Positions 13,150 through 27,608 of a stretch of 64,000 nucleotides of DNA are shown here, in pieces. The first letter of the stretch is position 1, and every line of letters starts with the position of its first letter. The position numbers were made by a program, and so were the translations under genes. The notes beneath the pieces are model-generated. The model was given only the letters and a program-made list of their open reading frames with translations. It ran no database searches and had not been told where the DNA came from. Source of the DNA: Ophelia neglecta (taxonomy: Eukaryota); the NCBI GenBank assembly GCA_965285935.1, contig OZ260666.1, forward strand, positions 45,756,001 to 45,820,000, in the 5' to 3' direction.

Positions 13150-13420
13150 TAATATGGTAAAGCGCGATGTGGAGCGGCTAAGCGTATGTAGCGCTGTGTG
13201 CGGGCGCCGCGCTGACTGTGAGACGCAGCTACTGCAGCGTGAAATGGGAACGTCGGGTCACGTATACACGTGTGAGGGCAGAGTTTTTGTCCTGTCGCAG
13301 CGCATAGAAAACAGCGACAAAAATACGAGTAGCAAGTATAGGCTAAGGTAATGAAGGAAAAACTGACCACAGCTCAGAGACGAAACTAAATCGGTCTATC
13401 TTTCGAATCTGCGCATGTAA
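13150..13420. promoter_or_regulatory. CpG-rich promoter/first-exon-like island
   Basis: Local GC/CpG enrichment, an E-box CACGTG, an NRF1-like TGCGCATG near 13410 and a plus-strand donor-like AAG|GTAATG at 13347/13348. Confidence 0.3.
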
Positions 13421-15195
13421 AAAAGTACGAATACCGAAAATGCTTGCATTATTGTATGGTTCCTAGGGAGATTATTTTAAAGAAAATACAGTTCTGTAAT
13501 TTAATAATGGTAAATATACGTCTTTGTATTTCAGTCACCCGGCTAGCAGTTCGTATTTTGGAAAAGTTTAACGTCCCTTCGATTGGGGCATCTGGTTGGT
13601 AGGCTTGGCGGAACTAATGGCCTTATTTGACTGTTCGATTTGCACGGACACACACTAAGCGTAAAAGATACAAAACCGAATAATGATAAATTGAATCTTT
13701 GAACTTTGTTGAAGAACTTTGGGCGACGATGGATTATAGTTATGCATCTCTGGGCAAATTTTCAGTGTAATCACTAATTTGATAAAACAAAATTATATTT
13801 AGATGTCCTTGTCGTCAAAATCAAGCGGGTTCCAAGTGAGCTCTGCGTTCGTATAGTCCGAAATAAATGCAATGAATTCACTATTCAAAGACTAAATATT
13901 GATGTTTAGCTTAAAATAATAGAAGCTTAGAAGTTAATATATTCTACAAGCACATATCAGTATATCAGTGGGATAATATGCCCATAAAGATGAATGAGAA
14001 GGACCAAAAGATATAAAAGACTAAACCTCGGTTTTCTATATGTCTATGACTGAATAAACGAAAAAAGGTAAATCAATAACATCTAAAAGTTGATGAGTAA
14101 TTTCACGTAGTCTGCACTTGCGGATTAGTCACATCCTGCCTATAAAAGTGACCACCCAGTACAGCTGTGTTGTCCTCCTTACACACACATGGCAAGCCGA
14201 GTTACGGCGAGCTTCATAGTCAGTATAGGCCTAATAAGACTCATGCCCGCTTATGGTAATGTCACGGGGGATCTCGGGAGCTTGTCGTCGCTCTGGCTGT
14301 ACGAAAAGCGTTTAGTTTAATCAGAAAGAGCGTCACATGATTTCAAAGTCTCCTCGGACGATGAAAACTTACACCATAGTGTGTCTTTCGATGACGCTGC
14401 TAAAAAACTTAAAGTTGCGCCTTTACTCTATCATGTGCTATTCTCCCCCTAAATGCTAAGATGCGTTAAGAGTGGGATAAGTTTAGAAGGATTTCGAGGC
14501 TTACAAATCATAAATCACCCTATCTGTGAAGATGCACTCTGGTGTGTTGGCTGCACCAATTGTGGAGAGATGATTGACGGTGATAGGACCGCGGGTTATG
14601 GTAAGGAGCTAACCCGTGCTCGCGCGGGTGGTGGCTGAGGTATACGGTGGCAGGCCGCCCTGCGCCACCGAGCAACACGAGATACTGCCGGGTCAGCGAC
14701 TTGACAGGCGCCGCTAATACGTCACCAGCTCATCTGTCTCTTCCCTGTACCAGCTCGTAAAATAACAATGTTTACCCAACCGGACGTCAACACTGAATGC
14801 TCCTGGCTCGTCAATGCTTAGTGCATGGGAATCCTGCAGGGGTTTCAATGCAATAATCAGAAGATTAAAAAAATTGCCACAGAAATTGCATATGGCTTTT
14901 GCATAGCAGAAGAAATACTTCGAAATGTTTTTCGCTGCTGGTTTTATTTCTGTATATAGAGGTAGCTAAGGAGTCCATGGCCACATAGCACAACAAAACT
15001 TTTAAAAATAAAATCAACTTAAAATATGGGGGCATGGGTTAATAATGTTGTACCTGAAATTTCATTATTTTTGTTGGATATTTGTGAGCATAGAATTATT
15101 TTGATATGGCCGAAATACCCCACAGAATAAAAAAAACAGTTCGAAACAGTTCAACAAGCCGGTAAAAACGTTATTTAAAAATAAATGTCAAACAA

Positions 15196-16497
15196 ATTAT
15201 GCAAACGCTCGGCAAGAGTCTTCGATATTCCGGCTAAGAGAATATTACCATAGCCTAATCTTGCCCAACCAAAGCTAGGACTAAGGTTTCGCAAGCCTCC
15301 TCGTTAAGGGCCACATGCGGATTATCCTCAGCAAATGATAATTGCATGCTTTAACAGTCACAAAGACTTCTTTGCTGAGTGATGGATCCTAATGACAACC
15401 AAGATCACAGATTTGAATGATTGAATTTCACTACCCACTGTTTGAATGCAAACGACTGAGGAAAAGTCATGTTGTCCCTGGACGAGAAAATATAATTTCA
15501 GTTTGTCTTCGTTTAACTTGATATGTTTCCTAATCCATGCCTGAACAGCAGAGACACAATCCTAAACATGACTTCTGATGCCAAAATAATCAGCCTCGTC
15601 CTCAGAACAAAATATATCTTGAGTATCATCGGCATGGCTGTGCAAAGCCTTGCCATGGCTTCGCTGAAACGTCCTACAGGTTTGCGATATAAACAACATT
15701 TTGGCCCTAAAACTGGGCCTTGAGGTTGAGCCTGAAGAGTGACTCTAGATCTTTCTGTACCAATGTCGTGCACTACTTGTTTGGGGTTTGCTAGATATTA
15801 CATGATCCATGGGTGCCCAGAACATGTACCTCCGCCTGATCAGTGTTTAATTAAGGAAATTTAGAGTCGGCCAATTCTCTACCCACAGAGGCATTTCTCA
15901 ACTCGGGATTCACGATCTAGAACATATTCAGGATTCTGAAAATATATAATGTGTCTAAGTTTCAATGTCGTACAAATGATGTTAAGACTATATGCTTTTT
16001 GATGAGAAACTTGAGAGGAAGGATGTATATATGAGAACTAATAATGGACCAAAATCCTCCCCTCGAGGAAAAACTCAGGAAGCAAGACCTGGACAATGGG
16101 CAGTACTTGTTCTTTACTTAAACACTGATTGCGTTTTGATAGATATGACTGGTACCAGGTACTACCTTAACAAGAACTATCGACTCCAATCGTTCGAGGA
16201 GAACCTCATGGTGTCAAAGGCTGAGCTTATAAGGGGGAAAACAAGGATGGCTAACAGGCATCCATTGTTAGCAGTATGTCATTATGAACGCATAGCAACG
16301 CCTCTATAGAATGACTAGCCATAAATACAGATTAAAGCCTTTCATAAAGGCCATGGTCACACATTTGTCTATCGGGTTGTACTGCATTGTGACCCTTTTC
16401 TCAGGAATAGGACACAAGTGAATGTTTAATAACAGGCCTATAATTCGGTAATATATAAACATCCAGCCCAGACTTCTTCAGCAGGGTTGTCACAACC
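15196..16497 (-). mobile_element. Decayed L2-clade LINE ORF2 (reverse transcriptase) fragment, interrupted by an insertion
   Basis: Collinear L2 motifs across stops and frameshifts: VVTTLLKKSGLD..NYRPV (16497-16430), ALLCVHNDILL (HNDILL at 16286-16269), AFDT (16221-16210), WYQSYL (16157-16140), PQGPVLGP (15725-15702), HADDTQ (15636-15619), KLNEDK (15519-15502), EEACETLVLALV and RLGYGNILLAG (15302-15196). Confidence 0.9.
15775..16122. mobile_element. ~350-bp secondary insertion splitting the L2 RT
   Basis: Non-RT sequence lies between SYLSKRNQC and DIGTERS...PQG, which are adjacent in intact L2 RT. The exact boundaries are ambiguous. Confidence 0.55.
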
Positions 16498-16586
16498 CTT
16501 GTTTTCGTCTCATCTGTAACAGTCCAGATACGAATGATAAGATGATCATATTCATGACAAGCACAAATAATGAGATTATATCTGAT

Positions 16587-16641
16587 GGGGGGGGGGGGGG
16601 GGCAGAATTGCATAGTCTCTGACAGAGGGGGGGGGGGGGGG
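16587..16641 (+). repeat. Paired poly-G tracts (G-quadruplex potential)
   Basis: G runs of about 15-16 nt at 16587-16602 and 16627-16641. Confidence 0.8.
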
Positions 16642-17559
16642 TTACATCGACTCCTTCTTCCCCTAGCTCCCCTCTCCCGTAGTAAATGACTACATTGATG
16701 GTCTTTTTATATGGACTGAAGGGAAGATATGGAAACAACTTCAAACATGCGCGACCAAACTTAACGGAACATTACACATTGTGTCAGAAGAGATAAGCAT
16801 GCTTTTTTGGCGTAAATTAAACCCACCAGGCACATCCCCATGATTTTCTACCCCACGAGCATTACTGAGATACAAGACTTCTTTCGAATAAAACTAGATC
16901 TAGCATCGTGGTTGTCAGTTCAAACACTTGCACACTCATAACAATGCCAAGTGTTATGCGACTCGTACAGCAAAAGCAAAGAGGTTATTAGACCGCTAGG
17001 CCTTGTGGGACGGCATGCATTTTGCAATGTTAACAATGTTTAGCCTCCCGCCTATAGGTATGATGTACTCCGTAGAGTCCACATGGGAATGATGTTTTGC
17101 ATGCGAGAGCATCGTTAGGGTGAGGCTAGTAATGTAATCAGATCCTGGCACGCGTACTGTTAAGCCGAATAAAATGATCGCTGAATGCTTTATAAGGCTT
17201 TCACAAAAGGCTTTTATTAAATGGTGCCAATTGCATTGATTCTTTTTTTGGCCCTGATCGAGAGAAAACCTTTAGAAGAATACAACATGCGGTCGGCTCT
17301 TTTACAGGTTTGGCATGCATCACTGTTTATCAAATAATCCACACGAGAGCAAGTAATTCCACAAGAATTCCTGGGCGAGTTAGTGGTAGATTTACATCTT
17401 AAGTCAAGGCCATTGCCAATTATAGAAATAGATTCGAGATATTTTTATTTTCCCTTTTATTTTTACACATTTATTTAAAAAACCGCTATCGCGCAATGTG
17501 TTTCTTCCCAGTAAAGCAGCTTCTAAGGTGTAATCATTGAAGAAGGGCAATAACAATAA

Positions 17560-17712
17560 AAAATTGAAAAAAGGACCCATTTATGCTAGGATGCATGTGA
17601 AGAGTTTGCCGAAAAAAAGGACCCCATGGATGTAAATCCCAGCGCCGGAAAACCCACCCATGTTTGCGGCTCGTCCCTGTTTACCAATATAACGGAGCTC
17701 CCTCCCTCGAGG
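17560..17712 (-). mobile_element. Probable terminal arm of a MITE-like dispersed repeat with a G-rich end
   Basis: The minus strand reads CCTCGAGGGAGGGAGCTCCGTTATATTGGTAAACAGGGACGAGCCGCAAACATGGGTGGGTTTT, with a duplicated AAAAAAGGACCC. Related motifs follow the poly-G tracts at 6150 and 40064. Confidence 0.45.
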
Positions 17713-19314
17713 TCTTGCCCTGTGCTTGGCAAATAGGCCTAACAATACTGGCGTATCGACTAAGTAGATAATCCTCAAACTGCAATTATGCAAATTAGTG
17801 TCATATATCACTGGTACTCTGTTGCCAATACAATGACGCAGAAAAGAAGATTACCCAGCCCTTGCGTCTGTACCAGAAAAAAAAGTATTTTTTACATGAC
17901 CTTGACACCTGTTGTAGCACAAAGTAAGAGTATTTTTCTGCTATTTAGGGTGCAAATCTATAGCTAACAATGTATCTGTAAAGAATACAACCTGTCGATA
18001 TTGAAAGAGAACCCGATGTAGTTCCTTTCTATATAGATATTTGACAATGCAATCTGTTAGCAAACAAAACATTTTACCTCTAAGCAGTTGATTCGCGATC
18101 GCGTTGATTCATTAAAAGGGTAGAGAAGGGAGCCCGACTGAGCCATGTATAGATTCCTTCCTGTTATGCTCAGAACGGCATTGACTGAGACAGGTCGATG
18201 TTCTACATATTTATATTATTGTCACAATCATCGTATCCTCTTCTGTATTGATAACACAGTTTCACCCTGCCTAATGGGGATCAGCTCGTATTACAAAGGT
18301 AATTCCCCGATATCGGGCACAGCCAATCCACTTCAAACGTATTATCTCCTTCAATCGCGTTTGCCAAAAAAAAGTTTGATGCAGCAAATAATGATTATTG
18401 TGCTTTGCTCAAAATAAAATACAAACCACATAATACTGGGTTGCTGCGGTGAGGGCAGCAACAACGAACGACAATAAACACCGGTGTATAAGAAAATTGA
18501 TTTTTAACTCTGAAATACTGCATCGTTCAGCCCATCACGGACGGCGATACAAGACAAAGCCATCAAGGCGAGATGTAAGGACAGATTCCTCTGGGAGATT
18601 TGCCCTTTGAGTTGTTCTTGGAGGAGCAGGAATGGACAAAAAGCCAAGCCCCCATCTTTGATTGCTATCTGTCTGGCATGCCATTGTTCCCTATTTGACT
18701 TGTAGAGACAAGCCTTTTTTATTGTTCCATGGGCGTTAGACCGATAAAGTTTCAAACTGCAATAAGCTCTTAGAAAACTGATAGGATATGTCGGATCAAA
18801 AACAATAGGCAAGACCCACGGTTAATAAATGAGCTATTGATTTGGAAATATATTATTATTAATTTGGAACTTCATTTCTCCTATAAGCTTGTACAGGACC
18901 ATCAGATAAACATCCATTGCGTAGGCCCTATTTATTTCGGTCCAACAGAAAGGTTGCATTTTGGCCACAACCGGTCACTTATTTGGTGTGGTGGGTATAC
19001 CAGGTCCAGTAATAATAGAAAGCATCAGGTGATCCTGCCCCAGTAACAACAAAGATTTACGAGCGAGGGGTGGGGAGAGGAAGATGGATGTTCTGATCTG
19101 TAATGCTCATCTGTCAGAAACGGAAAAGGAAAAAAGACCTAATTGGAAACAAATGGAAATTACCAAAAGAACACTTCTAGCATCAACTATGTAGACTAAA
19201 ACTTGTCATATTTAGCCGATCATCTGGTACAACAATAGACATTTTGTTACATTCATGGTAAACCTACAGTATAATGTCATAATGTTATACGTTTCTTGCA
19301 TATTTGCCTGTCAG

Positions 19315-19406
19315 TTGTGTGCCCCAGAACAGGGCGAATCTTCGCAGACATCCCACGAGAAAGCCATTGCCAACGTGACTTCTATCTTCTGACAAATAGA
19401 CAGCAG
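19315..19406 (+). other. Candidate spliced exon (92 bp)
   Basis: Acceptor gtttcttgcatatttgcctgtcag| and donor CAG|GTAAGC are both strong. One frame is open (VCPRTGRIFADIPRESHCQRDFYLLTNRQQ), with no recognisable homology. Confidence 0.3.
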
Positions 19407-22400
19407 GTAAGCCTTCCGCATGCCTGCTAGGAATTCTTTAATCACCGACCTTGTCAGGTCAAACGGACATTGAATACTAGCCGTACTCATGGTGATGATT
19501 TATGAACACCAAATGTACGGTGTTCACACCGCTAGCAAAGCTAAGGTCAAGGTTGTCGCTGCAGATGCGGTGCATTACCCGTACCGGGAAGGACGATGGA
19601 ATTAGAGTGCTCCTCCACTTCCGGTACGCTCTACATCATTTTCGATTTGAATAATAACCCTGCCTAGTGCGCCATATAGATCTTAAACCTCACAAGCATT
19701 AACAACTTTCAATGCCACTGAGTTTATATTTTATTCTCTTTAAATACTTCGATTAAAAACCGAAAAAGGAAATAACGAAGGTCTTAACACACCTAGATAC
19801 GGGACGCTATTCCATGCATGCATCTGGGAGAAAAGGAAAGTGCCTTTCAAATCCAGGGTTTTTGTAAAAACGCTAGGAACCGTGAAAGCATTAGTTGTTC
19901 CACTTACCCTTAGAGAACAGGCTGGATAATAAAGGCCGTCAAATTCTTCAAATATAGGGGAGGGGACTCATTATATAGACTGCCAACAAGGAAAGTTTAT
20001 ATTGGACACGAAATTGTTCAGGTTACTGGGGGAACCAACGAGGAGAAACTAATCAGACCCCTGTAAGGCGAGTGCCAGTCGTCAGGAGGGCTGGCGGGTC
20101 CTGGAGACGCGTCAATTCTTATTACCAATCGTGCAACTGAGACGGCCACTTCAATTCAAATTCAAAATGAATTTATTGTTCCCATGTAGCAAAAATTTAC
20201 CAAAATAATATGAACATCTAAGTACAATAGAACAGCAATAGTTTCGCGACTATATCTTTGGAGAGTTAGGCCTATCCCTTGGTTAAACTGTATTAGTCTG
20301 AGTTTATAGCTCTCAGGTACAGATACTCTGAAATCAGTGATACAAAACTATGCATTTTTGGTTTTATTTTAGGCTTCTTCAAAACCTTCCACTCCCTGGC
20401 AGCTATCCAATCCTTTAATTTTTAACCAACTTGAAAAAGCTCGATGCTTTATTGTCAGGTACAGGCGGAAATGAAAATATAGCTGCCATAATTGTCATTG
20501 GAGTCATTGTCCAAGTACACTACTCTGTGGAACACCTTCCAAGAGCGGGCAAAGGACAGGTATGAACACATTTTTTGCGAGTTGTAAGAAACAAGGGAAA
20601 TAATTTAACTGAATACTCTCCTAACACTCACTACATATGTACATGCATGTACGTCCATCATATACTGTATGATTATATTCTCTCGAACATCGCCGAAAGT
20701 CTATTAAGATCAACGGCACACATAATTTTGGAGGTCACCCAATTCCTTACTTATATAGGGACTATATAGGTCGTGTTTTATCTAAAACCCGCTGGCTATC
20801 ACTAGAGTACTGCAGGTTTAGAACATGCTATCGTAGGCATCTCTGTTTTCCATCCTGAGTATAGATGCCGCACCCTACAATACCCCTTTAATCCCTAAAC
20901 AAGGGGCGCAAGAGCTAGGTAACTTGGATGGACTGGGGCTCCTTGGTATAGGCCTACAAAGGTTCTGGTGGTAGCAGGTTCCCCCTGGCGAAGGCTCTGG
21001 GGGGGGGGGGGGGGAACTCAATTACTAGTCATGAATTAGTGAGCGTCTGAACATTCAGCGGAACCTAAGTCGTCTTTGTCTCGTTTTTCAAAACAGAGTC
21101 TGTAACTTCGATTTGTCAAAAAACATTATAGGAAAACTTCCGTCACAGAACAATGGTGTATTGTTCTGCATAATAGAACTGCTGATAATATTGAGCTGCT
21201 TGATTAACACTTCCCGAACGCTCTGGGATTCGTGTAGAACGGAAAAACTGGGTTCTACAATGGGCTGTGACGTATTTCTTCGTCCTGGAACCAATAGACT
21301 CAACGGATACAGTCAGTTCCATTGTGAAAGAAAGAATATCAAAAGGTTTTGATTGAAATTGCTCCAGAATATAAGTCGTATGTTTTTTATATAAAACAAT
21401 AAACAATTGACTAAGTGCACACAATTTTGATAGTGCAACATTTTAACGAGGTCGAAAGAAAAATAATTTGCATAGAAAGACAAACTGGAAATAAATCCCA
21501 GTAGTTTTTGTCAAACAGTATAGAGTGTACTGGAAAATACAGCACCCCATTCTGGTAGGTATGACCTCTGGGTCATCTAAACTTAGCTAGGACGTTTGAT
21601 GGGCCACACACACGTTATTGCAAATAACATATTACATTCCAAACTTAAGTATTCGGTAACGGTAGTGTTCCAGCGGTAGACCACGATATAAGGTCAATAG
21701 CTGAATAAATACATATAGGCCTAGGTATAGTTTAATGACTGATCGAAGAAAATAATTCCACTGATAAAATGGTGAGCGTCGGCCATAATTTGTGTATTAA
21801 GAAAAGTTAATCGATAGTTCGATTACACGGTTATTTGGACAGTTCGTGCCCCCGCAAGATGTTTATTGAATGCCTTGACTGTGGGTCGAGTTACCAAATG
21901 ACAACTCTGTTTTAGGTATGCAAATACTGCCTTATATTGTTCTTCTAATACGGACCACCTTATTGCAAACAAGCAATTGTTCAGCGACAGGAAATTGAAC
22001 AAAACAAGCTTTCCGAAACTATACTCCGGCTTCTTGCCAACAGTTTTCTGTGAGGAAACGCTTATGTTAATGAATCTTCTGGTCCAGATATCGCTGGAAT
22101 TGGAAAAAAAACAATCTACCAACCTACCTGGGTGTTATTTCTAGATATAACAGGAGATAAGAAAGTCTCTCCTACAGATTGTCATATCTCTGCTGCCTGG
22201 TTGAGTTGGTCGAAAGGAAGGAAGGTATTAAATCCAACGGGCAGAAAACAGAATAAAAAACCACAATCTTAAAAGAAAAATGGAACATCTTTCACAAAGC
22301 ACCCCGCTTATCGTATACCCAGCCTGGCGGCTTGGACAAACTTAATAAGTTGTTTGAAAAGTCGGTCATTCACTTTCAAAACCCATCGCTTGCAGATTCC

Positions 22401-25400
22401 AATCGCAGCGGATTTTTCCTGTTTTCCGGATTGCGTCCTTCGAGCGGTGAGTTTTAGCAACCAGCCTGATGGTTTTCAGGTACCAACGGTAATTGGGAAG
22501 CGATGGGAATGGCTCAAACCAGGCAGGCCACGTGCCCTATTCATGCCGCCACGTACGACCGCTTGTTAAAATTTGATCCAACTTAACAAGACAAGATGCC
22601 GTCCAGAAGTAGGTCATCGCATATGAAGAGCTTCATGACTTATTGTACAGAGGGAGTAGCAAGGTGAAATAAGAAGAAAGCGCTTCGGAATTTCTGGAAA
22701 CTTGACTTAAAATGCTTCATTTACTCCGGTTATTACCGCGGAAGCATTTAAATTTTCCAAAAAAGAGCATGAAACTGGAAATTCTACCACTGAACATGGC
22801 CAATATTGTTTCGGCATGCGTGAAATGCATCAGGAAGGCGATAAATACTGATGGGCGGACATAGACCCATCAAATCAAGTTGCCCTCCGTCTCAACAACC
22901 ATAAAAGACAACTATAGATGAATGCACGTGACAGCACTGGCCACGGGGGCATGAGCATTTGATTCATTCTAAACGGAGATTGCTTGAATGAAACAAACCG
23001 ATAAAAAAGCACCTATTTCCAGCTGAGCTCGCAGATGGCTGCCACCGCAATGAGATGCTGTAAGTCGCCTACATGCCGTCAGGCTCAGCACCTCCATCGG
23101 ATTTCATGTCAGTCAAACAAGGGCCATATTGAGTGTTTTGTAACGCCGAGGAGGTTTAATTTCCCGCGCCTTTGGCATTTTTCTCTTCCTTTAGAACCCG
23201 TCAGTTGTCAAAAAGCAAAGCTGGCAAAACTGAGACTATTTTTTTTTAAACAGGTCCACTTTGTAAAGCATAGGCCTTAACGAGGACGGCGAAATTGTAG
23301 ATAAACAGCGCCTGTCGCGTTCTTGTATAGACTTGGGTAGACGTTTTTAAATTGATATAGGCCTATATACGCCTGTATAAACATTTGGCCCATAGTTTTT
23401 TTGTCCACCGAGAAATATTAAGAAAGGCCATGAAATCAACAACCAAAAAACTAGGATTAAAAGGATGTCGAAAGAATCACAATTCCCGATGGGTAAAAAT
23501 CGGGATTTTTTGTGACTTGCAAGAAAACTAGCCTATAGTCCTTGCGGACTGCAGCTATTTATACAAAGCACCAATGTTCGGTTAACATGATTAGGGTATA
23601 ATTGACCAAAATGGTATAAAATGCATGTAAGTTAACGTTTAAAGACATTATGCCTATTTCGCATTAAATGGTAAGATTGAAATGAAGCAAAGCACGAACT
23701 AGTGCTACATTATGAAAACATGATTAAAATGTCAGACACCCATGACAGTTGGGAAAGCAAGTTTCTACTCACAGGCTCTCCTGACAAGGAGTTTTTTCAC
23801 GGCGATGTCGCAGTCGAGGGAAGGTAAACTTCATGCTGTGCTTGTAGGTTCTCCAACATCCGCGTCCAGCAAAGAACCATTAATATTCATAGACATCAAA
23901 TAAAGAGACAGGAATGTCCCTCGCGGTCCACATCAAAGCCTCTAACGTTAATATATATAGATATGAAGAAAGCTGACAAATGCTTATCTTATAGTCTACG
24001 GACCGATGCTAGTTCCGACTCCAATAATATCCGGGGGGAGAAGATAAGCAAACAATGGGGAAAATAAAATTTCTCTGATTTAAACTTCTATTCCTGGTTG
24101 ATTTACGAGCGCCCACGTTGGTATCTCAATCACTCACTCGACTCGCTCATTTTTCTTCGAGCTCTGATTGATGCGAACGCCGTGCAATCTGAATATCCAA
24201 ACCCTTAAAACTAACGATGAAAAAGAGGAAAAATCAAGTAATATGCTTTCCTCCCATATAAGCGTTCTTCGGCCAGAAGAAGTTTGCCTGCTTACAATCT
24301 GCACAATCTGCTCCTTGTTGGTCGTTACGCAGGTTTATAGAGATTTCCTAAGGACTGAATATTTATGTAAAAATGCTGCTGTCAGAGTCACGTGTTGGCA
24401 GCACATTTCTTTGAACGTAAATAAGTTGACAGATGAGACATTGACAAGTTCCTCTTTCCTTAATAATAATAATGAAGGTTATTTAAAGTACGTTTTCATT
24501 AATATCGTCCAATTAACCCCAAGTGTTTATCAACGAAGAGAGGAGCTTATACTATCAGGTATTCGACGATCGGTCACTAATGAGTACCAAAAAATATTCT
24601 CATAATAATTGATTTGCTGTACAAAGACAACTTTTCCACGGCCCAATTGTAAAATGTCGTATGCTTTTGGGTGAGCGATCCATCCTAAAAGTATTTGTAT
24701 CTCCTTCATGCCATGTAGTAATTTATTGAGGTTGATGACCGATAATCAACGAATGGTAATCACTACATACAAACACACATCCTCCCCCAGAACATCGGAG
24801 CTAAGCCTTACTGATTTCCGCGCCGACATTCTCTCAACATCCTGGCCATGTCGGTAATACGACCAGCGACGATCCCCCCTCTCCTCGTTTTCGCTTGTTC
24901 ACACACTACTGGAAGTAACAACTAGTCTGTGAAAGACGAGATATTGGCACCACTGCCTTGCCAGCCTTATCCTTTATCTTCAATTACCCCAAGGCAAACC
25001 ACAGCCATTTCCAAGAGCGTTTCCATTGCGGTTGACAAGTTTCCAGTCAAAGATTATGCAGAACAGCGCATTTTTCACAACATCCACGAACAGGCTGTTC
25101 TCAGGTAGCTGAATCGTCCTTAGCTCTTTGAATTGGAACCGCCGCCTTCCCCTTATTCCTTTATTTGGCGCTAGCCGTCAGAGAACGCCAATTTTAAAGG
25201 CAAAGCTCCCAGCACAAACCGCAGACCGCTTATTTCAAACGCGCGATTTCCTGGAACATATATTAAGTTGCTAATCTAGAGCCAGGTGATTATGTTTAAA
25301 TCAGGTAGGCTATACACATGGATAACGAGCTTCTCTGAATAGGGTGTTGATTCTTCTTCTTATCCGTAATGCGTCACGGGTAAATTTCAACTTGGAATGG

Positions 25401-27434
25401 TTCTCCCCTGACGTGTTGTGGAGGCGGAATTGGCCGTTAAATTAGACAAGCAGATATGGTAACAGCCAAAGGGAGACGCGTCCATTTCACCTGGTTGAAT
25501 TGGGAATGAAAACCGAATCCAATAATAAGCCTATCGACTGTGTTATTTATGCCTGTATACAAGAACCCTGGCTTGAGGGTGCCATTCTCCAAATCAAAAA
25601 CATTCACCTGAAGTCGCAGGCACGATGATTAAACAGTAATACTTCAGATATATTTCTCTAAAGATATATTTAGGTTGCCACAGTGTCTTCCTTGAATAGA
25701 TCTCGAGATGTTTTTTTTTAACTTTTCCAAGGCCGAGAGCGGTTCGGCACTATTATGTTTGAACAATCGAAGAGTTCTAGGAGACTAGCTGCTCCTATAT
25801 TATTAACGCTATATGATCAAAACTCGAATGATGCCGGGCGCATTACTCTTCGTTAGCCTGTAGATGTGCCTCCTTCCAACACATCCGCCCGGAAAAAGCC
25901 GTTACCGCCCAAATTCGCTTAGCTGTCGTCTGCTCCATGCAGTCACTTGAAGGAGTGTACTTTTAACATTCGGGAAACAGTCGCGCCCTTCTGTGCTCGT
26001 TCTCAGAGCTTTATGTCCTCCTATTGAAACACCCAATCTGAAAACTAATGAGACTTTTTATGGCCCACCCCGTGGCATTCCTTCGAAAAAAAGATCTAAT
26101 TCAATATCTTAGAACAAATCAGACGCTAATTCAGAGATCCGTGTCTTAAGCCGTTGGCAAGCTCGGCGCGCCTGTTTCCTTCACTGCCGGTGGGTACCCA
26201 GTTGCCGCGCAAGATCAATAAAGCCGCTCAACAGTAGTCTTAATAATGTCATTCGAGCAACTTCAGCCGAATTAAAAGCTTTCTGATAGACCAAATTTGG
26301 AGAACTCTATTACCAGAATATCAATACAAAAAAAGTGCTAAGGCAAACGAAAAACGTGAAGAGCAGAGACCATGGCGGCTGCAAACCAGATAAAGTCGTA
26401 TCAGAGAGGACCGTTGGGAAAATTTAGCAAGGCAAATAAAGAGAAACGGATCGGTCAAGCGGTCTAATCGTTCTATTCTTCCCCGGTGCCATTAGACGTG
26501 GGGCAAATGAATTCACCCGCGGGAACATCTTTAGGCGCTTCTCATGTTAGAGGCAAAAGCGTGAAAAGCCGACCTAGATTGTCTGCCCTGCTAGGCATAC
26601 CTCATTGTCAGCCATCTGGTGACCATTCACTTAAAGAATACTGGCAACATTTTCCCCCACGCAGTCTAAAAGTTTTATGACATTAAAACGGCATGTACTT
26701 TTTTGTCTAATTATAAAGTTAGTCCTAGCATACCTATAGCTTTGACAAAATAAAGCACAAATGCCCTTTTTTATGTAGATTTTATGAAAGTCTGAAAGGG
26801 CACACCCTTCACATTCTGTCCGCCACTAAGTCTTATCCCAAGGAGAAAACCTTAACGAATTGGAACAAGGAAATCTACCTTCTTTAACAATGTTTAATAT
26901 CTAGATGATTCTAAACGGAAAATTAAAATGCATGGTGCAGCGAACACAATGCATTAGATAAATTTTAATCTTTTTAAGGGGATTATTCGCTCTCACAAAT
27001 TGTCTCACTCAGCTCGTCTCGTCCCACATAGCACACCAATCACTCAAGTGTATTTACACATTTGACTGGCCACCAATTGGTCCAAATTAACAATCATTAA
27101 TTAGCCTTGCTAGTGCGATTTACAGTGTACAATTTACTAAGGACAACAATACTGGAACAAGTGATCTATCAAACGCATACATAGTGTAAGGGGCTCGCTA
27201 ATCGATGGGGTAGAGATCTATCAAGACAGAGCTGGTCACCTCAGTCAATACACTGTGTAATAACCTAAGGGATCTCCTTCCCACTGCTCAAACAATAGCC
27301 GTCTGTCCCGGGTCGAATTATTTAACGTCAGTTAATTTGAAATCAATAAAGCGATAAACATATACCGGTTGATATATATAATGTGTATCTTGCCGCCTGT
27401 TAAAAACTCCGAATGGGCAAAGAAAATGAAACTA

Positions 27435-27608
27435 CAGTGAAACCTGTGAATTAAGACCGCCAAAGGGACTGGAAAACACTGGTCTGATTTTGGAGTCTAT
27501 TTAGACAACTTGTTTTACATTGAAGGCATACAGCATGGTCCTCATATCAGTGGTATGAATTGGCAGGTGGTCTGATTATAGAGGTGGTCTTTAAGGCAGG
27601 TTTCACTG
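27435..27608 (+). mobile_element. Tc1/mariner superfamily (pogo/Tigger-like) MITE, copy 1
   Basis: Perfect 12-bp TIR CAGTGAAACCTG...CAGGTTTCACTG, TA target-site duplication on both sides and internal AGGTGGTC repeats. Homologous to the copies at 29464 and 63057. Confidence 0.92.
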
